This document shows, one piece after another, positions 8,246 through 16,458 of a stretch of DNA of 64,000 nt. Under the pieces are notes generated by a model that worked only from the letters and a program-made list of their open reading frames with translations, did no database searches and had not been told where the DNA came from. Within the stretch, counting starts at the first letter, position 1, and the number at the start of each line of letters is the position of its first letter. Both the position numbers and the translations under genes were made by a program. The DNA comes from a virus. Lineage: Duplodnaviria; Caudoviricetes. The stretch spans positions 160,001-224,000 of IMG/VR virus record IMGVR_UViG_3300035208_002098; one strand, 5' to 3'.

Positions 8246-8270
8246 AAAAAAAGGACCGAAGTCCCTTTTT
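8246..8270 (-). terminator. Intrinsic terminator
   Basis: GGAC-TTCG-GTCC followed by a T tract on the minus strand. Confidence 0.85.
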
Positions 8271-8284
8271 ATTTTTATTTGTAT

Positions 8285-8429
8285 CAGAATGCTGGGCCAT
8301 TTTTTGTCTTCTCTTACCATTAACGAGAGTTTTTGTTAGTTTTTTTTCAAAGGGTGTACACAATTTTTAAACCACCTGTTTCACTAATTTAATTTGCTTT
8401 TTTTTTAAGATTGCAGTATGCATCCTTTA
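8285..8429 (-). ncRNA. Terminal-stem RNA, CNGCAA family, copy 4
   Basis: 5' TAAAGGATGCATACTGCAAT pairs with 3' GCATTCTG; lies between the DUF2828 stop codon (and a GAAA hairpin) and the terminator. Confidence 0.6.
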
Positions 8430-8470
8430 GCTACAAATACGGGGGGTATCTTTCGATACCCACCTTAAAA

Positions 8471-9904
8471 TTATATCGTTACTTTTGAGTAACGTTCTGA
8501 GTTAACAACCTCTAACATCATTGATATTGGAGTAAGGTCTTTACCAGCCAATAACGATGTTAATAAACTTGGACTAAAACCAGATACTAACGCTGTATTT
8601 TGTTTATCAAATCTAACTGGTGAATCACTATTATGAGCGTTTAAATTCCAGAATACTACTTTTGGTATTTTATACCCAGCTTTAGTGTATTGAGCTTCAA
8701 TCATTTGTTGTGCAGTTGGATTCCATGAATCACTACCACATCTATCAAATTGCATATCCGAAAATATAACAATCATAGTTGGCATTTCAAGTTCTGGTAC
8801 ATTATATGTAACCGCTTTATTTAAAAGCATTTTAAATGCTGCTTCTAAGTTGGTATTCATATCCCATTGAGCTCTATGTAATTGTGCATATCTTTCAGAT
8901 AAAGTACCTTTAAGTACTTGTATCTCAGGACGAGCTGAAAATGTCATAAAAGCATCTTTAAAAGCACCTTCATTTCTTTCAGAAATATATAACCCTAAAG
9001 AAATACATACATCCAAACAACTTACATTAGGGTTTTGTCCAGCTGGACAATCCATTGACCCCGATACATCACACATAGGCATTAATCTTTCAGTATTACC
9101 AATCATATAGTTTGGTAATGCATTCCATTGTGCGTTTGCACCTTGAGCAACACCATTTTTCATTGATTTAACAACGTCATATGGGTATACAGCACCAGCA
9201 TTTATTTTAGTTTCACCTTTATCAAGTGCATCCATATATGCTTGGAATCTAATTGAGTCATTTTTACTAAATGCTTTCATATAATCTGCCATAGCTCTTG
9301 ATGGTAATTTACTATATTCAATAACTTCCCAGTTTTTAGCACACATAGCTTGTTCAACTGTGTTAGATAACTCAGATAACATTTTTCTATACTCTTTTGG
9401 AGTTAATTTTAAATGTTTTCTAACTAATTCAGCTTGAGCTTTTTTATCTCTACTGTTTACTGATGGTCTTGGCATCCATTTAGCACATAAACCATTTTTG
9501 TTAGCTAGACCAGTTGCTATTGTTTCCAACGCAGCACTTTCAAGTCCAGTACCAAGTAATGATAATACATCATCCCATCTACCAAATTCAGAAATTAATT
9601 GAATATTTTTAGCGATTGATGCTTTATGGTTTTTAGCCATATAAGATACGATATCTCTGAAAATTTGTCTTTCTCCAGCACCACCACGAATATCACGAGC
9701 CCAAAATAATAATTTCATAGCTACCAACGGATTTTCACCATATGCTTTAGTGAATGAATTAATAAGTCTAGTTTTATCTTGACCTCTCATTGCACCAATT
9801 TGGAAAAATAAATCAACACAATTATTCAACGATGTTGAGTTTGTTGTCATACCATTTTCTGTTAATACGTCTTCAGTACGTAAAGCATCTACTAATTTAG
9901 TCAT
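8471..9904 (-). CDS. DUF2828-family helical + vWA protein (Ro60/TROVE-like architecture)
   Basis: TENG, LFWARDIRGGAGER, GRWDD, AKWMPR, MIDAS motif CDVSGSM, IFSDMQFD, VFWNL, VSGFSP. Confidence 0.88.
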   Translation of the reverse strand: MTKLVDALRTEDVLTENGMTTNSTSLNNCVDLFFQIGAMRGQDKTRLINSFTKAYGENPLVAMKLLFWARDIRGGAGERQIFRDIVSYMAKNHKASIAKNIQLISEFGRWDDVLSLLGTGLESAALETIATGLANKNGLCAKWMPRPSVNSRDKKAQAELVRKHLKLTPKEYRKMLSELSNTVEQAMCAKNWEVIEYSKLPSRAMADYMKAFSKNDSIRFQAYMDALDKGETKINAGAVYPYDVVKSMKNGVAQGANAQWNALPNYMIGNTERLMPMCDVSGSMDCPAGQNPNVSCLDVCISLGLYISERNEGAFKDAFMTFSARPEIQVLKGTLSERYAQLHRAQWDMNTNLEAAFKMLLNKAVTYNVPELEMPTMIVIFSDMQFDRCGSDSWNPTAQQMIEAQYTKAGYKIPKVVFWNLNAHNSDSPVRFDKQNTALVSGFSPSLLTSLLAGKDLTPISMMLEVVNSERYSKVTI

Positions 9905-9979
9905 AGTGTTAAATTTTAAAGTTAAATATTTTTTTTATTATTTTGACAATTTTATATCCGTTTTATCGGAAATGTTTTG

Positions 9980-10010
9980 CAAAGATATGAAATAATTTTT
10001 AATTTGTCAA
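9980..10010 (-). promoter_or_regulatory. Bacteroidota-type promoter for the DUF2828 gene
   Basis: TTG-N20-TATCTTTG. Confidence 0.75.
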
Positions 10011-10013
10011 GTA

Positions 10014-10639
10014 TTAAATGAAATTTCTTACAAATAATTTTCTATGTGCTTGTATTAAACCAACCTCTTTTATAGATTTAATATGGGCTGCGGTACCATA
10101 ACCCTTGTTTGAAAAAAAATCATATTGTGGGTGAATTTCATGTAATCGTTTCATATAATTATCTCTTTCTACCTTAGCAAGAATTGCTGCTGCTGCTATA
10201 CAAGTGTATGTATTATCACCTTTAGCTACACATGTGTGTTCAATTCCTTTGTAAGGAGAAAATACGATACCATCAACTAATATATGTTTAATATCTTGGT
10301 TTTTAGTGATTATTAGGTCATCCAGACATTTATGCATAGCTATAAATGTTGCTTCGTTTATATTATATTTATCAATTAATTTAACTGAGGATGCTTGAAC
10401 AGAATAAGCTATTGCGTTTTTTATTATGATTTCATACGCTTCATCACGTTGTTTTTCTGATAATGTTTTAGAATCTCTAATTAATTTATGATTAAAATCA
10501 TTAGGTAGGATAACAGCACCTGTAACAACAGGTCCGGCTAAACAACCTCTACTAATTAGCCCACCTCGTCTATACCAACTATAAAATCTAGTTCGGATAG
10601 GCAAGGTGGACAATGTGTTAATAATTTATTATTCTTCAT
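10014..10639 (-). CDS. rnhB: Ribonuclease HII with discontinuous reading frame (pseudogene or recoded)
   Basis: Body RGCLAGPVV..DSKTL..LVDG..KGD..IAAAAILAKVERD..NKGYGT at 10550..10014. Catalytic N-terminus IVGIDEVG is in another frame (10639..10556), separated by 8 extra nt. Confidence 0.85.
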
Positions 10640-11576
10640 TTATGTAACTCTTAATAAAATTTTTACAAATATTTATATTTTCTTCGATTGGTGTATCAGA
10701 CCATATTGTCAATGTTGTGAAACCAAATTCCCTCGCTAATTTATTTTTAAATTTATCATTTTCAATAGCATCAAAATAATTAATCTTTTTAAATGGGTGT
10801 ACCCAATTTTCCTTTATTCTATCAGACCAAGATTCATTAACATGAAATTTAACACCATTAAATTCTATAATTATATTTAGTTTTTTAATTGTAAAATCAT
10901 AAAGATACGTTTTACCGTCTTTAACAATAAAAAACTCTCTACTATTATTATCACCATAGTAAATATCGTTAATATCAACGTAATTAATCAACCAATCTAC
11001 CAATGGTTTAAAAACCAATAACGATTGTTTTGATGCCTTACCAATATGTTTCTTGAAATTTTTATACTTAATCTTACCTTCAATTTCACCATATTTTGTA
11101 ATAAAAAATGTTAAATTCCTAGCACAAGTACGTTTATAATTATCATACTTAAACTTACCTTCATTTTCACCATATCGTTTAATGTATTTTTCTAATGTAT
11201 GACCACAATTATTAGATATATTATCATTTTTTTTATTATACATTAAAAGTCCGTCAATTTCACCATACATATTAATATACCATTCTTTATTTCGTATTAT
11301 TCGTTTATATGCAGCTGTTTTTTCATTCCACCCACGTTTAATCCAATACGATAATTCTTGCTTACGATATATCCTTTCTAAGTTAAATATATTTTCGGAA
11401 ATGTATTTAATAGTTCGTTTTTTAGAATATTCGTTATGGTTATTTATTGTTAACAAATACTTATATATTAATTCATCTAAAAATTTAGGTTCAAAATCAT
11501 CACCATATCGTTCAATTACCCAACATTTAACCATATTTTCAGTGGGTGGTGTAGTAATTCTACTTGTTTTTTTCAT
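10629..11576 (-). CDS. Free-standing homing-endonuclease-like protein, C-terminal Vsr/PD-(D/E)xK domain
   Basis: Repeated KYGExEG units, YDFTIKKLNIIIEFNGVKFH...DKFKNKLA...IW; inserted at the rnhB active-site codons. Confidence 0.8.
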   Translation of the reverse strand: MKKTSRITTPPTENMVKCWVIERYGDDFEPKFLDELIYKYLLTINNHNEYSKKRTIKYISENIFNLERIYRKQELSYWIKRGWNEKTAAYKRIIRNKEWYINMYGEIDGLLMYNKKNDNISNNCGHTLEKYIKRYGENEGKFKYDNYKRTCARNLTFFITKYGEIEGKIKYKNFKKHIGKASKQSLLVFKPLVDWLINYVDINDIYYGDNNSREFFIVKDGKTYLYDFTIKKLNIIIEFNGVKFHVNESWSDRIKENWVHPFKKINYFDAIENDKFKNKLAREFGFTTLTIWSDTPIEENINICKNFIKSYINEE

Positions 11577-11579
11577 GTT

Positions 11580-11614
11580 CTTTTTATTATAAATATGATA
11601 TTTATAATAAAAAG
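11580..11614. repeat. Perfect 17-bp inverted repeat over the endonuclease translation start region
   Basis: CTTTTTATTATAAATAT-G-ATATTTATAATAAAAAG; contains ATATTTATA on both strands. Confidence 0.9.
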
Positions 11615-11619
11615 TTCAT

Positions 11620-11685
11620 CTAAACCATTAAAACTTCATCGAGGCCGACTTCTAATACACCTATATTTTTATATTCTTTTAACAT
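11620..11685 (-). pseudogene. Stranded original 5' end of rnhB (MLKEYKNIGVLEVGLDEVLMV*)
   Basis: Carries the RNase HII motif VGLDEV; preceded by a TACCTTTG -7 box. Confidence 0.8.
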
Positions 11686-11714
11686 AGGGCAAAGGTAATC
11701 AAAAAATTTTAGAA

Positions 11715-11951
11715 TTACAACTCTTTTTGAATAAATTTAATTACAAAATCATCAAATGGTATTTCGAAAACATCTGTATGATTAAACTTAATACCCGGAA
11801 TATCCTTATTTGACCTATAAAATAAATCTTCATCTAATTTTCTATGGTTTTCCTCGTCTAATTCATATACTATAACAAGACCATCTTTAGGTATTAATTT
11901 ATTATTCGCTATTTCAGTAGCAATTTCTATAATTGTATTATATGTCATCAT
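11715..11951 (-). CDS. Hypothetical protein
   Basis: 78-aa ORF in operon. Confidence 0.7.
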   Translation of the reverse strand: MMTYNTIIEIATEIANNKLIPKDGLVIVYELDEENHRKLDEDLFYRSNKDIPGIKFNHTDVFEIPFDDFVIKFIQKEL

Positions 11952-11952
11952 A

Positions 11953-12174
11953 TTAAAACTTTGTAAATAAATTTTTAAAGAAATTACTTAATTTCTTTTT
12001 AGTTTGTTTTTCTATTTTAACCTTATTAGGGTTTTTTTTGATATCATCACCTAAACCACATTTTATTTCATTAATAAAGGCTCTCTTTTTTAAGTTAGTT
12101 AATTCCATATCAGCTAACATAGCTTTCCTTTCTAAATCAACTTCTCTACTTAAACCATCTCTAAACTCATTCAT
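11953..12174 (-). CDS. Hypothetical protein
   Basis: 73-aa ORF in operon. Confidence 0.7.
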   Translation of the reverse strand: MNEFRDGLSREVDLERKAMLADMELTNLKKRAFINEIKCGLGDDIKKNPNKVKIEKQTKKKLSNFFKNLFTKF

Positions 12175-12179
12175 AATAA

Positions 12180-12500
12180 TTATTTTTCAAAATGTTCTTG
12201 TATTGTATGTATTAACCAAACCACACCAGATGTTAAACACCCATCGAGGAATGTCCTTAACCATATTATTTCAACCCCTATTGACCCAAATGGTGTTATA
12301 CTTACATACCCTAAATAAGTTAATGTAAGTGATAATATAAACCCCACCCATGTTGGTAAACATATCATACACGTGAATAATTGTCCTAAGAACTTTGGAT
12401 TCCATTTTTGGAAGAAAGTTCTCATACCATCAAATATTGACCCGAAAACTATTATATTCGATATACCATAACTAACTAATAAAAATAATAGTATACTCAT
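12180..12500 (-). CDS. Membrane protein, DUF1360-like
   Basis: TM helices around LFTCMICLPTWVG. Confidence 0.65.
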   Translation of the reverse strand: MSILLFLLVSYGISNIIVFGSIFDGMRTFFQKWNPKFLGQLFTCMICLPTWVGFILSLTLTYLGYVSITPFGSIGVEIIWLRTFLDGCLTSGVVWLIHTIQEHFEK

Positions 12501-13178
12501 TTACATTCCTTTTCCATCCATACATTTAGGACAATATTCGTCTGGCCCACAATTACATGGACCCGTTGTCATTTCAACCGGTAGTTCATGAATTTCAACT
12601 TCAATTTTCTTACCTTTTGGTGGTAATTCGACTATTGGTTTATTACCAATTTTTTTAGTTGTTTGAATTGGTTCTTCTATTTTATGTGTGATATCTTCAA
12701 CTTCAATTATACTTTTAATCTCAGGTTCGTTTACATTTTCAGTATCAGTTGATGGTATATTATCCACTGGTTCTATTTGATTTAAAATATCTTCCGGTTC
12801 CATGTTATCAGTTATAAAAGATTCTGACCCTAAAACAAATTTTAATGTTTTAAGTTTGTTTAATGAATTTTTAGAAAATAATATTTGTAATTCTTTAACC
12901 TTAGTTTTCAGATATTCATGTTTTTGTTCACGTTCAGTATTAATTTTAATAATACTTTCAACATAATCTAATAATTCATCAACACCAATACCTTCAGCTT
13001 GACTATAAATTACTAAATGATTACCACCTTCTTCGATAGGAGCACTTTTAATTATATTAGATGTTGGAGTTACCCACTCTGCTTTAAATACTGCTTCCAC
13101 CACCAAAATATCTTCAGCATATCTAATACCTACGACATATGGTTTTAATTTATTTAATTTATCTTGTATTGTTGACAT
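12501..13178 (-). CDS. Hypothetical protein with C-terminal Cys cluster
   Basis: Ends CNCGPDEYCPKC. Confidence 0.75.
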   Translation of the reverse strand: MSTIQDKLNKLKPYVVGIRYAEDILVVEAVFKAEWVTPTSNIIKSAPIEEGGNHLVIYSQAEGIGVDELLDYVESIIKINTEREQKHEYLKTKVKELQILFSKNSLNKLKTLKFVLGSESFITDNMEPEDILNQIEPVDNIPSTDTENVNEPEIKSIIEVEDITHKIEEPIQTTKKIGNKPIVELPPKGKKIEVEIHELPVEMTTGPCNCGPDEYCPKCMDGKGM

Positions 13179-13191
13179 ATATAAAACTTTT

Positions 13192-13389
13192 TTAAATTGT
13201 TATACCCGTAAAAATACAGGCTATTGAGAATGCTAATGATATACCAAGTAAAATCAAGTCCATATTATTTAATTTATATTTTTCATCAGTGATGAATGAT
13301 TGAATTAAAAAGTAACCTCTTCTTATAATATTTAGTACAGATACGAAAAATAATACATACAATATTTTATTTAATAATAATATTAACAT
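13192..13389 (-). CDS. Small two-TM membrane protein
   Basis: Hydrophobicity pattern. Confidence 0.65.
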   Translation of the reverse strand: MLILLLNKILYVLFFVSVLNIIRRGYFLIQSFITDEKYKLNNMDLILLGISLAFSIACIFTGITI

Positions 13390-13391
13390 AA

Positions 13392-13607
13392 TTATATTTT
13401 TTTAGCTTTTTTTATTTTTGTTGATTTTCTAACCACTCTTATTTCTGATATCTCATCACGCACAGCTTGTGCAGCGGTTTTAATTTCTTGCATATTAAGT
13501 CTAATTCTAGTAGCTGCAGTATTATTATTTCTATCATAAAATTTAGTAATATCCCCACTTGAGTCGATTCTTAATAATAATTCTTTTAATTCTTCAAATT
13601 TATTCAT
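13392..13607 (-). CDS. Histone H1-like (Hc1-type) protein
   Basis: KFYDRNNNTAATRIRLNMQEIKTAAQAVRDEI plus Lys-rich tail; start MNKFEEL. Confidence 0.7.
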   Translation of the reverse strand: MNKFEELKELLLRIDSSGDITKFYDRNNNTAATRIRLNMQEIKTAAQAVRDEISEIRVVRKSTKIKKAKKI

Positions 13608-13833
13608 TATCTTTTTTACTTTCAATATCATTATTTAAATTTGTCTGAGGATAGTAAGTCATTAATTTACTAAATATTAATTGTGAATTAATTATTTGAT
13701 TTAAATTTGTTTTAATTAAATCAATTTTTTCTTGTGTTTGAAGTCCATCTTCGTTAATTAATCTTTCAACCTCTTCTTCAGCTGTTAATATATCAATCTC
13801 AATTGATTTTGCTATTATATCTAATATTCTCAT
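13600..13833 (-). CDS. Hypothetical protein
   Basis: 77-aa ORF. Confidence 0.7.
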   Translation of the reverse strand: MRILDIIAKSIEIDILTAEEEVERLINEDGLQTQEKIDLIKTNLNQIINSQLIFSKLMTYYPQTNLNNDIESKKDNE

Positions 13834-13885
13834 AACTTAAAGATAATAAAACTTTTTTATAAATAAACAGTAAAATCTTACTTTT

Positions 13886-14356
13886 TTATACTTTTTTTAA
13901 GGATAATTTAAATAATTTATATATCTCAATAATTGTATCGACATCAGACCTTGATTTAGACAACCCATGGTTAAACATAAATTCCCACATTTTTAAAATA
14001 TTCCCTTGTGAATTAGTATCTTTATTATCAGAATTATAATACACCTCATATAAAAATTCCATGAAGTAATTATATAAATCTTGATTATCATTTATGGTGA
14101 TGCCCTCATTACTAAAATTAGTACGTACTTTATTCCAGCACCACTTAAAATGTTCTTTTTGTGATTTTTCATTCATAATATCATCACCTAAATACGTATT
14201 GAATATTAACATATTCAATGATATTATATAATCGTATAATAAATCACAATAATCTATATCAATATTATTCGCTTCGTATAATGTTGATATCGTACTATGA
14301 TTTAACGGTGCGTTAATGTATTTTAAAAAATCTGAAGTTCTGTATGACCTTTTCAT
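13886..14356 (-). CDS. Hypothetical protein
   Basis: 156-aa ORF. Confidence 0.8.
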   Translation of the reverse strand: MKRSYRTSDFLKYINAPLNHSTISTLYEANNIDIDYCDLLYDYIISLNMLIFNTYLGDDIMNEKSQKEHFKWCWNKVRTNFSNEGITINDNQDLYNYFMEFLYEVYYNSDNKDTNSQGNILKMWEFMFNHGLSKSRSDVDTIIEIYKLFKLSLKKV

Positions 14357-14362
14357 AAAAAA

Positions 14363-14394
14363 TTATCCCTTATATTAATAAATATAAGGGATAA
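14363..14394 (-). terminator. 14-bp inverted repeat, probable terminator containing an ATATTTAT motif
   Basis: TTATCCCTTATATT-aata-AATATAAGGGATAA followed by a T tract on the minus strand. Confidence 0.6.
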
Positions 14395-14425
14395 AAATTA
14401 TAATTAAAGTATATTATATGAGTTT

Positions 14426-15298
14426 TTATTTTTTAGTTGTAACTTTTTCTTTACTTGAGACCATTTTAGCTAATTCTTTATGTTTATCTTTATTAGCATA
14501 AATGTTAACCTTTGCTTTTTCTTCAGTCATATCTTCATTTTTATCTGAGTCACCTTGTTTTATAGCTTTAGCTTTTAACGCTTCACCAGCTAATTTATAG
14601 ATATATGCCTCGACATTATGAGTGTTTAAACCTCTTTTTTCAGTGAAATCATGGATATCATCATCTTTAATTTCTCCAAGTTTAGCTATTAATAACTGTT
14701 CTAAAGCGGTTTTAACTTCATCAGATAATTCTACCGCACCACCTTCTTTACCCGGCTCATCAATATCAGTTTTTAATTTATCTTCACCAGAATCTTCTGA
14801 TTCACCATGAATACCATATTTTTGTGCTCTAGATTCTTTTTCATAACCTTCACCATTATTATAATCACCTTTCTTAGGCGTGTTTTCTTCAGGTGATTTA
14901 TGTTTAGGGTTATTAAGGAAATTACCAATTGCATCACCCATATTCATAGGTGCCATTTTACCGTTTTTATCTTGACCAATACCTTGGTTATTTTCAGTCA
15001 TTAATGATTTAGTTAAAATTTCATTTTCTGCTAAACGTTCTTTACCAGTAGCGGTACCTAAAGTAGTTTCTGATTTATATTTCATTAACTCTTTTAATCT
15101 ACCAAGGCTTTCGCTAACCATTGTTTTATCAGATGCCTCTAATATATGTCCTTTACCATCTGACCATGTAACACGATATGTTTCATTACCATCAGTCATT
15201 TCAAATGCGTCTATTCCATTTACTCTATAACCTTCTGGTATAAGGTTTAATACATTGCCGAAACCGTTAAATGGTTTTTTAAATTTAAGTCTTTTCAT
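14426..15298 (-). CDS. Putative internal head protein; N-terminal domain duplicated in the next gene
   Basis: MKRLKFKKPFNG..LIPEGYRV..FEMTDGNETYRVTW shared with 15302..16423. Confidence 0.6.
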   Translation of the reverse strand: MKRLKFKKPFNGFGNVLNLIPEGYRVNGIDAFEMTDGNETYRVTWSDGKGHILEASDKTMVSESLGRLKELMKYKSETTLGTATGKERLAENEILTKSLMTENNQGIGQDKNGKMAPMNMGDAIGNFLNNPKHKSPEENTPKKGDYNNGEGYEKESRAQKYGIHGESEDSGEDKLKTDIDEPGKEGGAVELSDEVKTALEQLLIAKLGEIKDDDIHDFTEKRGLNTHNVEAYIYKLAGEALKAKAIKQGDSDKNEDMTEEKAKVNIYANKDKHKELAKMVSSKEKVTTKK

Positions 15299-15301
15299 TG
15301 T

Positions 15302-16423
15302 TTATTTATTTTTTAATAACCACAATGCTTCTTTAGTTGCAGCCTCTTTATTATCTATTTGTTTAGTTTCAACTAATTTTTGAGCTAAAGCATCTGAATT
15401 TAATTTTAAATCACTTTCAGTTAACCCATAGCCTTTAATAGTCTTTTCAACATCTTCTTGTAATCTAAGAGATTTTGTTTTAGACCAAACATTACCAAAT
15501 TCTTTGTTTTCATCAATTCTAGCTTGACCTTTAACAATACCTAAAGTATCATTAGATTTATAATTGAATAAATGTTTAATTTTAGCCATATCTTCGTTAA
15601 CCAATGTTTTATTTTCGCCACGTAATACAATAGCCTGACCTTCGGTTAAAGAACCTTCCCATCTAACACGATATGTCTCATTACCATCAGTCATTTCAAA
15701 TTCTTTATTATCCACTCTATAACCTTCTGGAATAAGTGTTAATGCTTTTTCCATTCCGTTAAATGGACTTTTAAATTTAAGTCTTTTCATTTTATCTTCT
15801 TTTATAGTAGTTTTATTTTCTGTATTTTCAACTGCAACTTTTTTAGTAGAGCCAATTGTTTTGCCTTTAGCAGATTCAATATCATTACCGAATTGTCTAA
15901 GAGCTGGGATATTATCTTTAAGTTCTTTTGTTTTTTTAGTTTGTTTAACTAAATTTTTACCAAAATCAGCATTAGATGCACCCCACACAGGTTCTGTATT
16001 ACCATTACCCTCACCAGTTTTAGGATTCCATTTACCAGTTTTAGTTTCATTACCCATTTTAGAATCACCCTCAATAGCCATTTCTTGTCTTTTTTTGAAT
16101 GTAGGGTTAACTTCACTATCATATTGTAAGTCTTCCATACCACCATCAAGTTCAGATGTGTTATGAATTTCTTCTTCTTTTTTACTTAATTCACGTTTAG
16201 GTGGTACAATAGCATCTTTAGCTTTACTACCAGTTGCTTTATCATATTCACCAAATTTTTTCCCAATTTCAGTTTGGGCAGCTTTATTAACTTTACCCTC
16301 TTCACCTTGTACTTTTTTAGTTACATCAATACCCGGTACACTACCTTCACTGATAAAACGATTACGTAATTGGTTCTTAATAGATTCTTGCATAGTATAT
16401 ATTTTTACAAAAGTTTTATTCAT
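15302..16423 (-). CDS. Putative internal head protein
   Basis: Charged, low-complexity; ATATTTATA upstream; shared domain begins at 15790. Confidence 0.6.
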   Translation of the reverse strand: MNKTFVKIYTMQESIKNQLRNRFISEGSVPGIDVTKKVQGEEGKVNKAAQTEIGKKFGEYDKATGSKAKDAIVPPKRELSKKEEEIHNTSELDGGMEDLQYDSEVNPTFKKRQEMAIEGDSKMGNETKTGKWNPKTGEGNGNTEPVWGASNADFGKNLVKQTKKTKELKDNIPALRQFGNDIESAKGKTIGSTKKVAVENTENKTTIKEDKMKRLKFKSPFNGMEKALTLIPEGYRVDNKEFEMTDGNETYRVRWEGSLTEGQAIVLRGENKTLVNEDMAKIKHLFNYKSNDTLGIVKGQARIDENKEFGNVWSKTKSLRLQEDVEKTIKGYGLTESDLKLNSDALAQKLVETKQIDNKEAATKEALWLLKNK

Positions 16424-16458
16424 TTATTATAAATATCAAATAAATATTATAAATTTCA

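Noticed and set aside
10552-11633. Group I or II intron in rnhB (and likewise in the RuvC-like gene)
   Set aside because: Non-coding flanks around the endonuclease ORFs are under 80 nt, with no recognisable P7 or domain V; the RuvC-like gene is complete without splicing
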